From positions 25,544,001-25,608,000 of the forward strand of contig CATNEN010000001.1 of the NCBI GenBank assembly GCA_950097015.1: a stretch of DNA of 64,000 nt, in the 5' to 3' direction. Shown in pieces: positions 38,301 through 50,735 of the stretch; positions within the stretch are counted from its first letter, which is position 1; every line of letters begins with the position of its first letter. Origin of the DNA: Macrostomum hystrix (Eukaryota > Animalia > Platyhelminthes). The notes beneath the pieces were generated by a model. The model was not told where the DNA came from. It searched no databases and saw only the letters and a program-made list of their open reading frames with translations. A program made the position numbers and the translations under genes.

Positions 38301-41300
38301 TTGGCTGATTGATGCAATAAGGGATGAATGTGATTGGCCGATTGATGCAATAAGGGATGAATATGATTGGCTGATTGATGCAATAAGGGATGAATGTGAT
38401 TGGCTGATTGATGCAATAAGGGATGAATGTGATAAGCTGATTGATGCAATAAGGGATGGATGTGATTGGCTGATTGATGCAATAAGGGATAAATGTGATT
38501 GGCTGATTGATGCAATAAGGGATGAATGTGATAAGCTGATTGATGCAATAAGGGATGAATGTGATTGGCTGATTGATGCAATAAGGGATGAATGTGATTG
38601 GCTGATTGATGCAATAAGGGATGAATGTGATTGGCTGATTGATGCAATAAGGGATGAATGTGATTGGCTGATTGATGCATAAGGGATGAATGTGATTGGC
38701 TGATTGATGCAATAAGGGATGAATGTGATTGGCTGATTGATGCAATAAGGGATGAATGTGATTGGCCGATTGATGCAATAAGGGATGGATATCATTGGCT
38801 GATTGATGCAATAAGGGATGAATGTGATTGGCTGATTGATGCAATAAGGGATGAATATGATTGGCTGATTGATGCAATAAGGGATGAATATGATTGGCTG
38901 ATTGATGCAATAAGGGATGAATATGATTGGCTGATTGACGCAATAAGGGATGAATATGATTGGCTGATTGACGCATTAAGGGATGAATATGATTGGCTGA
39001 TTGATGCAATAAGGGATGGATGTGATTGGCTGATTGATGCAAAAAGGGATGAATGTGATTGGCTGATTGATGCAATAAGGGATGAATATGATTGGCTGAT
39101 TGATGCAATAAGGGATGGATGTGATTGGCTGATTGATGCAATAAGGGATGAATGTGATAAGCTGATTGATGCAATAAGGGATGAATGTGATTGGCTGATT
39201 GATGCAATAAGGGATGGATGTGATTGGCTGATTGATGCAATAAGGGATGGATATGATTGGCTGATTGATGCAATAAGGGATGAATATGATAAGCTGATTG
39301 ATGCAATAAGGGATGGATATCATTAGCTGATTGATGCAATAAGGGATGAATGTGATTGGCTGATTGATGCAATAAGGGATGAATATGATTGGCTGATTCA
39401 TGCAATAAGGGATGAATGTGATTGGCAGACTGGCGTAATAAGGGATGAATGTGATTGGCTGATTGATGCAATAAGGGATGGATGTGATTGGCTGATTGAT
39501 GCAATAAGGGATGAATGTGATTGGCTGATTGATGCAATAAGGGATGAATGTGATTGGCTGATTGATGCAATAAGGGATGGATGTGATTGGCTGATTGATG
39601 CAATGAGGGATGAATGTGATTGGCTGATTGATGCAATAAGGGATGAATGTGATTGGCTGATTGATGCAATAAGGGATAAATGTGATTGGCTGATTGATGC
39701 AATAAGGGATGGATATTATTGGCTGATTGATGCAATAAGGGATGAATGTGATAAGCTGATTGATGCAATAAGGGATGAATGTGATTGGCTGATTGACGCA
39801 ATAAGGGATGAATGTGATTGGCTGATTGATGTAATAAGGGATGGATATCATTGGCTGATTGATGCAATAAGGGATGGATATCATTGGCTGATTGACGCAA
39901 TAAGGGATGAATGTGATTGGCTGATTGATGTAATAAGGGATGGATATCATTGGCTGATTGATGCAATAAGGGATGGATATCATTGGCTGATTGACGCAAT
40001 AAGGGATGAATATGATTGTGTAGTCTGGCTTGTTGGTGCGCGTTTTCACATAGCCTAGGCCTATTTGCTCCGATCTTAGACCATAGAAACGTGCACTCGT
40101 TTCAACTATTTGTCTCAAATTGTGCATGTCTCATTGTATCATTTTGGCTTGAGTGTCTATGATAAAAACATATCAAAATCACACAATATTAGTGATTAAT
40201 CGCTATTCGTGCACCAATGATTTGACCTCGGTGCAAATGCATTCGTGCACTCATAGCAGTTCATTACTTATACATTGTAAACTACCTGAGTGTTTAAGGT
40301 GAGTTCGTTTGTATATTCTTAGAAACATTAATAGTCCGGAAAATCTCTGTCACTCTATAGTAACTGCTCATTTACCTGCTCAATCGAGGTGCTGAGTTTT
40401 ATAATATATTTTTAGTTTAATCAAAATTGAACGCAATAAATCTAAATAGATAATAAAGCGAAGTGCAGCAATAGACAAATGCAAAGAAGTAAACTATTCT
40501 GAATTTCTATCAGTCTTAATGAGTATCTGCTTTGTACCCGCATTGCAGCACTGTTCGAGTGGACCACATCGATGAGCTTTCGAGCGACGATGAGCCTTCG
40601 ACGCCACCAGAGTGAGTCACAGGACTTGAGCACTCTGCTCTTTTGGCTTGTTCTGCGCATTCTTTGATTGCCTCTTAAATAACAGCTTTGAAATTTGCTG
40701 CAGCCGGCAATACCCACTGAGACGTTTGAAATTTGCAAAATGATAAGCTGATTGATGCAATAAGGGATGGATGTGATTGGCTGATCGATGCAATAAGGGA
40801 TGAATATGATTGGCTGATTGATGCAATAAGGGATGAATGTGATTGGCTGATTGATGCAATAAGGGATGAATATGATTGGCTGATTGATGCAATAAGGGAT
40901 GAATATGATTGGCTGATTGATGCAATAAGGGATGAATGTGATAAGCTGATTGATGCAATAAGGGATGAATGTGATTGGCTGATTGATGCAATAAGGGATG
41001 AATGTGATTGGCCGATTGATGCAATAAGGGATGAATATGATTGGCTGATTGATGCAATAAGGGATGAATGTGATTGGCTGATTGATGCAATAAGGGATGA
41101 ATGTGATAAGCTGATTGATGCAATAAGGGATGAATGTGATAAGCTGATTGATGCAATAAGGGATGAATGTGATTGGCTGATTGATGCAATAAGGGATGAA
41201 TGTGATTGGCTGATTGATGCAATAAGGGATGAATGTGATTGGCTGATTGATGCAATAAGGGATGAATGTGATTGGCTGATTGATGCAATAAGGGATGAAT

Positions 41301-44300
41301 GTGATAAGCTGATTGATGCAATAAGGGACGAATGTGATTGGCTGATTGATGCAATAAGGGATGAATGTGATAAGCTGATTGATGCAATAAGGGATGAATG
41401 TGATAAGCTGATTGATGCAATAAGGGATGAATGTGATAAGCTGATTGATGCAATAAGGGATGAATGTGATAAGCTGATTGATGCAATAAGGGATGAATGT
41501 GATAAGCTGATTGATGCAATAAGGGATGAATGTGATTGGCTGATTGATGCAATAAGGGATGAATGTGATAAGCTGATTGATGCAATAAGGGATGAATGTG
41601 ATTGGCTGATTGATGCAATAAGGGATGGATATTATTGGCTGATTGATGCAATAAGGGATGAATGTGATAAGCTGATTGATGCAATAAGGGATGAATGTGA
41701 TTGGCTGATTGATGCAATAAGGGATGAATATGATTGGCTGATTGATGCAATAAGGGATGAATGTGATTGGCTGATTGATGCAATAAGGGATGAATGTGAT
41801 TGGCCGATTGATGCAATAAGGGATGAATATGATTGGCTGATTGATGCAATAAGGGATGAATGTGATTGGCTGATTGATGCAATAAGGGATGAATGTGATA
41901 AGCTGATTGATGCAATAAGGGATGGATGTGATTGGCTGATTGATGCAATAAGGGATGAATGTGATTGGCTGATTGATGCAATAAGGGATGAATGTGATAA
42001 GCTGATTGATGCAATAAGGGATGAATGTGATTGGCTGATTGATGCAATAAGGGATGAATGTGATTGGCTGATTGATGCAATAAGGGATGAATGTGATTGG
42101 CTGATTGATGCAATAAGGGATGAATGTGATTGGCTGATTGATGCAATAAGGGATGAATGTGATTGGCTGATTGATGCAATAAGGGATAAATGTGATTGGC
42201 TGATTGATGCAATAAGGGATGGATATTATTGGCTGATTGATGCAATAAGGGATGAATGTGATAAGCTGATTGATGCAATAAGGGATGAATGTGATTGGCT
42301 GATTGATGCAATAAGGGATGAATATGATTGGCTGATTGATGCAATAAGGGATGAATATGATTGGCTGATTGATGCAATAAGAGATGAATATGATTGGCTG
42401 ATTGATGCAATAAGGGATGAATATGATTGGCTGATTGATGCAATAAGGGATGAATATGATTGGCTGATTGATGCAATAAGGGATGAATATGATAAGCTGA
42501 TTGATGCAATAAGGGATGAATATGATGGGCTGATTGATGCAATAAGGGATGAATATGATTGGCTGATTGATGCAATAAGGGATGAATATGATTGGCTGAT
42601 TGATGCAATAAGGGATGAATATGATTGGCTGATTGATGCAATAAGGGATGAATATGATAAGCTGATTGATGCAATAAGGGATGAATATGATTGGCTGATT
42701 GACGCAATAAGGGATGAATATGATAAGCTGATTGATGCAATAAGGGATGGATATGATAAGCTGATTGATGCAATAAGGGATGAATATGATTGGCTGATTG
42801 ATGCAATAAGGGATGAATATGATAAGCTGATTGATGCAATAAGGGATGAATATGATTGGCTGATTGATGCAATAAGGGATGGATGTGATTGGCTGATTGA
42901 TGCAATAAGGGATGGATATGATTGGCTGATTGATGCAATAAGGGATGAATATGATAAGCTGATTGATGCAATAAGGGATGGATATCATTAGCTGATTGAT
43001 GCAATAAGGGATGAATGTGATTGGCTGATTGATGCAATAAGGGATGAATATGATTGGCTGATTCATGCAATAAGGGATGAATGTGATTGGCAGACTGGCG
43101 TAATAAGGGATGAATGTGATTGGCTGATTGATGCAATAAGGGATGGATGTGATTGGCTGATTGATGCAATAAGGGATGAATGTGATTGGCTGATTGATGC
43201 AATAAGGGATGAATGTGATTGGCTGATTGATGCAATAAGGGATGAATATGATTGGCTGATTGATGCAATAAGGGATGAATATGATTGGCTGATTGATGCA
43301 ATAAGGGATGAATGTGATTGGCTGATTGATGCAATAAGGGATGAATGTGATTGGCTGATTGATGCAGTAATGGATGAATGTGATTGGCTGATTGATGCAA
43401 TAAGGGATGAATATTATAAGCTGATTGGTGCAATAAGGGATGAATATGATAAGCTCATTGATGCAATAAGGGCTGAATGTGATTGGCTGATTGACGCAAT
43501 AAGGGATGAATGTGATTGGCTGATTGATGCAATAAGGGATGAATATCATTAGCTGATTGATGCAATAAGGGATGAATGTGATTGGCTGATTGACGCATTA
43601 AGGGATGAATATGATTGGCTTATTGATGCAATAAGGGAAGAATGTGATTGGCTGATTGAAGCAATAAGGGATGAATATCATTAGCTGATTGATGCAATAA
43701 GGGATGAATGTGATTGGCTGATTGATGCAATAAGGGATGAATATGATTGGCTGATTGATGCAATAAGGGATGAATATGATTGGCTGATTGATGCAATAAG
43801 AGATGAATATGATTGGCTGATTGATGCAATAAGGGATGAATATGATTGGCTGATTTATTTATGTTGTTGGACAAACTTCGACACCAACATTTCGTGCGAA
43901 TCAAACCTCAAACCCAACAGCAAAGTTGTCAGTGTACCATTGAAATCTGCTCCTCGAGGATCTGCTGCTCAAGGATCTGCTCCTAAAGGATCTGCTGCGG
44001 CTGGGAAGTGAGTATTTTTGCCGAGATTTTAAGACTTCTTTAATTGGTTCCAGCGTCAAAATTTACTAAATGATATCGTTTTCACATAGCCTAAGCCTAT
44101 TTGCTCTGATCTTAGACCATAGAAACGTGCACTCGTTTCAATTATTTGTCTCACATTGTGCATGTCTCATTGTAACCTCCCTCAGTGTTTAAGGTGAGTT
44201 CGTTTGTATATTCTTAGAAACATTAATAGTCCGGAAAATCTCTGTCACTCTAGTAACTGCTCATTTACCTGCTCAATCGAGGTGCTGAGTTTTATAATAT

Positions 44301-47300
44301 ATTTTTAGTTTAATCAAAATTGAACGCAATAAATCTAAATAGATAATAAAGCGAAGTGCAGCAATAGACAAATGCAAAGAAGTAAACTATTCTGAATTTC
44401 TATCAGTCTTTATAAGTATCTGCTTTGTACCCGCATTGCAGCACTGTTCGAGTGGACCACATCGATGAGCTTTCGAGCGACGATGAGCCTTCGACGCCAC
44501 CAGAGTGAGTCACAGGACTTGAGCACTCTGCTCTTTTGGCTTGTTCTGCGCATTCTTTGATTGCCTCTTAAATAACAGCTTTGAAATTTGCTGCAGCCGG
44601 CAATACCCACTGAGACGTTTGAAATTTGCAATAAGGGATGAATGTGATTGGCTGATCAATAAGGGATGGATATGATTGTCTGATAGATGCAATAAGGGAT
44701 GGATATGATTGGCTGATTGATGCAATAAGGGATGAATATGATTGGCTGATTGATGCAATAAGGGATGAATATGATTGGCTGATTGATGCAATAAGGGATG
44801 GATGTGATTGGCTGATTGATGCAATAAGGGATGGATATGATTGGCTGATTGATGCAATAAGGGATGAATATGATAAGCTGATTGATGCAATAAGGGATGG
44901 ATATCATTAGCTGATTGATGCAATAAGGGATGAATGTGATTGGCTGATTGATGCAATAAGGGATGAATATGATTGGCTGATTCATGCAATAAGGGATGAA
45001 TGTGATTGGCAGACTGGCGTAATAAGGGATGAATGTGATTGGCTGATTGATGCAATAAGGGATGGATGTGATTGGCTGATTGATGCAATAAGGGATGAAT
45101 GTGATTGGCTGATTGATGCAATAAGGGATGAATGTGATTGGCTGATTGATGCAATAAGGGATGAATATGATTGGCTGATTGATGCAATAAGGGATGAATA
45201 TGATTGGCTGATTGATGCAATAAGGGATGAATGTGATTGGCTGATTGATGCAATAAGGGATGAATGTGATTGGCTGATTGATGCAGTAATGGATGAATGT
45301 GATTGGCTGATTGATGCAATAAGGGATGAATATTATAAGCTGATTGGTGCAATAAGGGATGAATATGATAAGCTCATTGATGCAATAAGGGCTGAATGTG
45401 ATTGGCTGATTGACGCAATAAGGGATGAATGTGATTGGCTGATTGATGCAATAAGGGATGAATATCATTAGCTGATTGATGCAATAAGGGATGAATGTGA
45501 TTGGCTGATTGACGCATTAAGGGATGAATATGATTGGCTTATTGATGCAATAAGGGAAGAATGTGATTGGCTGATTGAAGCAATAAGGGATGAATATCAT
45601 TAGCTGATTGATGCAATAAGGGATGAATGTGATTGGCTGATTGACGCATTAAGGGATGAATATGATTGGCTTATTGATGCAATAAGGGAAGAATGTGATT
45701 GGCTGATTGAAGCAATAAGGGATGAATATGATTGGCTGTTTGATGCAATAAGGGATGAATATGATTGGCTGATTTATTTATGTTGTTGGACAAACTTCGA
45801 CACCAACATTTCGTGCGAATCAAACCTCAAACCCAACAGCAAAGTTGTCAGTGTACCATTGAAATCTGCTCCTCGAGGATCTGCTGCTCAAGGATCTGCT
45901 CCTAAAGGATCTGCTGCGGCTGGGAAGTGAGTATTTTTGCTGAGATTTTAAGACTTCTTTAATTGGTTCCAGCGTCAAAATTTACTAAATGATATCGTTT
46001 TCACATAGCCTAAGCCTATTTGCTCTGATCTTAGACCATAGAAACGTGCACTCGTTTCAATTATTTGTCTCACATTGTGCATGTCTCATTGTAACCTCCC
46101 TCAGTGTTTAAGGTGAGTTCGTTTGTATATTCTTAGAAACATTAATAGTCCGGAAAATCTCTGTCACTCTAGTAACTGCTCATTTACCTGCTCAATCGAG
46201 GTGCTGAGTTTTATAATATATTTTTAGTTTAATCAAAATTGAACGCAATAAATCTAAATAGATAATAAAGCGAAGTGCAGCAATAGACAAATGCAAAGAA
46301 GTAAACTATTCTGAATTTCTATCAGTCTTTATAAGTATCTGCTTTGTACCCGCATTGCAGCACTGTTCGAGTGGACCACATCGATGAGCTTTCGAGCGAC
46401 GATGAGCCTTCGACGCCACCAGAGTGAGTCACAGGACTTGAGCACTCTGCTCTTTTGGCTTGTTCTGCGCATTCTTTGATTGCCTCTTAAATAACAGCTT
46501 TGAAATTTGCTGCAGCCGGCAATACCCACTGAGACGTTTGAAATTTGCAATAAGGGATGAATGTGATTGGCTGATCAATAAGGGATGGATATGATTGTCT
46601 GATAGATGCAATAAGGGATGGATATGATTGGCTGATTGATGCAATAAGGGATGAATATGATTGGCTGATTGATGCAATAAGGGATGAATATGATTGGCTG
46701 ATTGATGCAATAAGAGATGAATATGATTGGCTGATTGATGCAATAAGGGATGAATATGATTGGCTGATTGATGCAATAAGGGATGAATATGATTGGCTGA
46801 TTTATTTATGTTGTTGGACAAACTTCGACACCAACATTTCGTGCGAATCAAACCTCAAACCCAACAGCAAAGTTGTCAGTGTACCATTGAAATCTGCTCC
46901 TCGAGGATCTGCTGCTCAAGGATCTGCTCCTAAAGGATCTGCTGCGGCTGGGAAGTGAGTATTTTTGCTGAGATTTTAAGACTTCTTTAATTGGTTCCAG
47001 CGTCAAAATTTACTAAATGATATCGTTTTCACATAGCCTAAGCCTATTTGCTCTGATCTTAGACCATAGAAACGTGCACTCGTTTCAATTATTTGTCTCA
47101 CATTGTGCATGTCTCATTGTAACCTCCCTCAGTGTTTAAGGTGAGTTCGTTTGTATATTCTTAGAAACATTAATAGTCCGGAAAATCTCTGTCACTCTAG
47201 TAACTGCTCATTTACCTGCTCAATCGAGGTGCTGAGTTTTATAATATATTTTTAGTTTAATCAAAATTGAACGCAATAAATCTAAATAGATAATAAAGCG

Positions 47301-50300
47301 AAGTGCAGCAATAGACAAATGCAAAGAAGTAAACTATTCTGAATTTCTATCAGTCTTTATAAGTATCTGCTTTGTACCCGCATTGCAGCACTGTTCGAGT
47401 GGACCACATCGATGAGCTTTCGAGCGACGATGAGCCTTCGACGCCACCAGAGTGAGTCACAGGGCTTGAGCACTCTGCTCTTTTGGCTTGTTCTGCGCAT
47501 TCTTTGATTGCCTCTTAAATAACAGCTTTGAAATTTGCTGCAGCCGGCAATACCCACTGAGACGTTTGAAATTTGCAATAAGGGATGAATGTGATTGGCT
47601 GATCAATAAGGGATGGATATGATTGTCTGATAGATGCAATAAGGGATGGATATGATTGGCTGATTAATGCAATAAGGGATGAATATGATTGTCTGATAGA
47701 TGCAATAAGGGATGAATATGATTGTCTGATAGATGCAATAAGGGATGGATATGATTGGCTGATTAATGCAATAAGGGATGGATATGATTGTCTGATAGAT
47801 GCAATAAGGGATGGATATGATTGGCTGATTGATGCAATAAGGGATGGATATGATTGGCTGATTGATGCAATAAGGGATGGATATGATTGGCTGATTAATG
47901 CAATAAGGGATGGATATGATTGTCTGATAGATGCAATAAGGGATGGATATGATTGGCTGATTGATGCAATAAGGGATGGATATGATTGGCTGATTGATGC
48001 AATAAGGGATGGATATGATTGGCTGATTGATGCAATAAGGGGTCCACTGTTCTCATGCAGAATGCTGCAGATTCACTGCCCCATCTGGGAGGTGGCCGCC
48101 CCGCTTTTCCTGTCGACACGCAGCCAGCGAGAGGCAATTCTGCCCATTTCGCTGACTCCTGAGCACACACGCACACAGATGCCTTCAATAGAGTTGACAG
48201 CTATACAAATAATTTTGCGGAGTCTGTCTCGGTTTCCTCACCTTCTTCAGTGATTTGCCACTGGCCAAGTGAGCCTCACTGACCAAAAACTGCCAGTTGA
48301 AGAGCGGTAGAAGGGAAGTGGGATATTTTTGTATTTACTTTTCCCCACCGCATGCCAGGGCAGGAATCTGACATTCTCCTTCGGTAGCATGTTATGAGAC
48401 AGGAGAGATGAGACAGGAGATGAGGCAGGAGATGAGACAGAGGAGATAAGACAGGGGAGATGAGACACGGGAGATGAGACAGGAGATGAGACGGGAGATG
48501 AGACGGGAGATGAGACAGAGGAGATAAGACAGGGGAGATGAGACAGGAGATGAGACAGGGGAGATGAGACAGGGAAGATGAGACGGGAGATGAGACATGG
48601 GAGATGAGACATGAGAGATGAGACAGGGGAGATGAGACAGGAGATAAGACGGGAGATGAGACAAGGGAGATGAGACAGGGGAGATGAGACAGAGGAGATG
48701 AGACACGGGAGATAAGACAGGAGATAAGACAGGGGAGATGAGATTGGGGAGATTCGACACGGGAGATGAGACAGGAGATGAGACAGGGGAGATGAGACAG
48801 GGGAGATAAGACACGGGAGATGAGACAGGAGATGAGACAGGGGAGATAAGACAGGGGAGATGAGACAGGGGAGATGAGACGGGAGATGAGATGGGGGGGA
48901 GATGAGACACATTATGCCCTCCCTGCTGCTGGGTGCAGTTGAGGGTCAGCTGACCTATTAGCCATGGCCATGCTGAGCCATGCACTTTCTTCAAGGTGCT
49001 ATGAAATGCATTGTTCTCATTGCTAGCAGAATCTAATTGATACACATACAACTCATGTCGCATATTCAGCGGCAAGGCTGGTAGGAGCCGGAAGTGTCAA
49101 GTCAGTGTTGATATTATATTATATTATGATTGAGATTTTGAGTGCTATTATACAAATTACTCGTTGACAATCTCCATTTCCACCAACCAATGCCCATGCA
49201 GGTACGAAGGCACGACGTACGTTGAAAGGCTGTGAGTAATAGATTGCTGCTGCTTTTGTTGCATTTCTGCTCTCTGCAATCTGCAGCTCTTCTGCCCACC
49301 TGCCGCTTGCTTTCATCAGCCACTAAAAATTCCTCAGGTTTCTCATTGAGCGCTGGGAATCCGTCAAACTCATCGGCAGGGGAGGCTTCGGCGATGTCCA
49401 CGAAGTGCTCACGGACACGGGCATCAGGTGCGCTGCGAAGACTCTCAGACTGCCAGTGCAGCTCGGCGACCTGGAGCCTTCAAAGAGAAAGGAGATCGAC
49501 AAGATTATTGAGGGCGAGAAGAACCTGTGCCAGCTGCGGCACCCCAACATCGTCAGCTTCTTGCACATCGCTCAGCCTGAGTATGCGACAGTTGTTGTGT
49601 TCATGGAGCTGCTGGATGGCTGCAGCCTGGAGAGATTTCTCGACTCCAAGCCGCTGGGCGAAGAAGCCATTCGACAGTTCAGCGAGCAGGTGAAATTTGA
49701 GCAGCCTGATCATGAGTGATGCTGTGAGTTGACTTTTTTGCGTCAGCCGACACCAGTTCCTCAACCCACCCACCTGCAGATCTGCAGCGCGCTGCACTAC
49801 CTGCACAGCCGACAGCCGCCCGTGATCCACAGAGACATCAACTGCAGCAACATCATTGTGCTCGGTGACAACAGGCGAGTCAAGCTGATCGACTTCGGCC
49901 TGTCAATCAAGCTGGAGCAGTCTGTCAGCCAACTCACAGCCTCCACTGCCGCACCGAAGGGCACTCTGAACTTCATGGCGCCAGAGCTGCTGGCACCAGA
50001 CGATGAAGGCAACCCGCGGTACAGCAGAGAGTCGGACATCTGGGCATTCGGCTGCTCAGTCTTCCAGATGGCCACGGGAGGCAGGCCCTACTCAAACGCC
50101 AGAAACTACTTCCACGTGGCTCAGAAGCTGAAGAAGGACGGAGCCCCCGCCCTGCCTGACGGCTGCTCGGCGGAGCTGCGGGACTTCTACAGCCGCTGCA
50201 CGAACCGAGACCGCAGGAGGAGAAAGTCCACTGCGGAGCTGCTGAGCCACGAGTTCCTGACGGGTAGGCAGCTGCGAAGGCAGGGCCTCCTTAGCGCATT

Positions 50301-50313
50301 CAAGCGCAAGTGA
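26301..50313 (+). CDS. Spliced ankyrin-repeat protein kinase (2 x ANK module, low-complexity linker, MAP3K/STE11-like kinase); 25-exon model, ~1319 aa if all exons are used
   Basis: Exons with canonical AG/GT ends and compatible phases: 26301-26330, 26421-26938, 27518-27572, 27645-28150, 29350-29391, 29741-29774, 29865-30379, 30959-31013, 31087-31568, 33087-33128, 35403-35444, 35695-35757, 36956-36997, 37248-37310, 40257-40298, 40549-40611, 43921-44007, 44442-44504, 45840-45926, 46361-46423, 46868-46954, 47389-47451, 49202-49231, 49338-49689, 49780-50313. Sum 3960 nt with no internal stop. A possible extra upstream exon lies at 26083-26111. Confidence 0.7.
26421..26938 (+). CDS. Ankyrin-repeat exon A (module 1)
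   Basis: GDTAAHVAA, GATPLMEAA, GQTALDLA ankyrin motifs; CAG acceptor, GTGAGT donor. Confidence 0.9.
27645..28150 (+). CDS. Ankyrin-repeat exon C (module 1)
   Basis: GRTTLMHAA, SCLHRAA, FTPLMRAA, GRTALDLA motifs; canonical splice sites. Confidence 0.9.
28717..29204. repeat. 13-15-bp GAGATGAGACAGG(G) minisatellite (intronic); also 32720-32945 and 48395-48910
   Basis: Tandem periodicity, same upstream flank in all three places. Confidence 0.9.
29865..30379 (+). CDS. Ankyrin-repeat exon A' (module 2)
   Basis: Paralog of 26421-26938, open frame, same splice sites. Confidence 0.9.
31087..31568 (+). CDS. Ankyrin-repeat exon C' (module 2)
   Basis: Paralog of 27645-28150, open frame, same splice sites. 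Confidence 0.9.
33205..48040. repeat. 33-bp minisatellite (GATTGGCTGATTGATGCAATAAGGGATGAATGT) in seven arrays separated by six ~0.7-0.8-kb exon-bearing spacer copies; short seed array at 29468-29708
   Basis: Tandem periodicity; spacers at ~35160-35885, 36715-37437, 40017-40738, 43855-44628, 45775-46547, 46803-47576. Confidence 0.95.
49338..50313 (+). CDS. Ser/Thr protein kinase domain, MAP3K/STE11 (MEKK)-like; exons 49338-49689 and 49780-50313
   Basis: GRGGFG loop, CAAK, alphaC Glu, LRHPNIV, VFMELL, HRDINCSN, DFG, GTLNFMAPE, SDIWAFGC; phase-0 GT-AG intron 49690-49779. Confidence 0.93.
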
Positions 50314-50337
50314 CCCAGTTGAATTCTTAGCTCCTGA

Positions 50338-50627
50338 ATGACTCTTGCATGACCATCCTGTATGACTCTTGTATGACCATCCTGTATGACTCTTGCATGA
50401 CTCTTGTATGACCTTCCTGCATGACTCTTGTATGACCATCCTGTATGACTCTTGTATGACCATCCTGTATGACTCTTGCATGACTCTTGTATGACCATCC
50501 TGTATGACTCTTGCATGACCATCCTGTATGACTCTTGTATGACCATCCTGTATGACTCTTGCATGACTCTTGTATGACCTTCCTGCATGACTCTTGTATA
50601 ACAATGCTGTATGACTCTTGCATGACC
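50338..50627. repeat. 21-bp minisatellite just after the kinase stop codon
   Basis: Same family as 229-449. Confidence 0.9.
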
Positions 50628-50729
50628 ATAATGTATTACCTCTGACTGCTAAATCAGAAATGAATTGTCCAATGCCCAATCCTTTTGTTTTACTTGTTTA
50701 TTACGAGCTACGCATCTCATAACGCACTA

Positions 50730-50735
50730 AATAAA
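50730..50735 (+). terminator. Candidate polyadenylation signal AATAAA of the kinase gene
   Basis: AATAAA ~420 nt after the stop, followed by GT/T-rich sequence. Confidence 0.4.

Noticed and set aside
33205-48040. CRISPR-like repeat/spacer appearance
   Set aside because: Repeats are head-to-tail without unique spacers, the long spacers are copies of each other, there are no cas genes, and the context is eukaryotic.
33172-48188. Very long ORFs such as (DECDWLIDAIR)n, (HQSANHIHPLL)n and (FIPYCINQPIT)n up to 1035 aa
   Set aside because: By-products of a 33-bp unit lacking stops in several frames. They are open on both strands, broken by indels and stop variants, and lie inside predicted introns.
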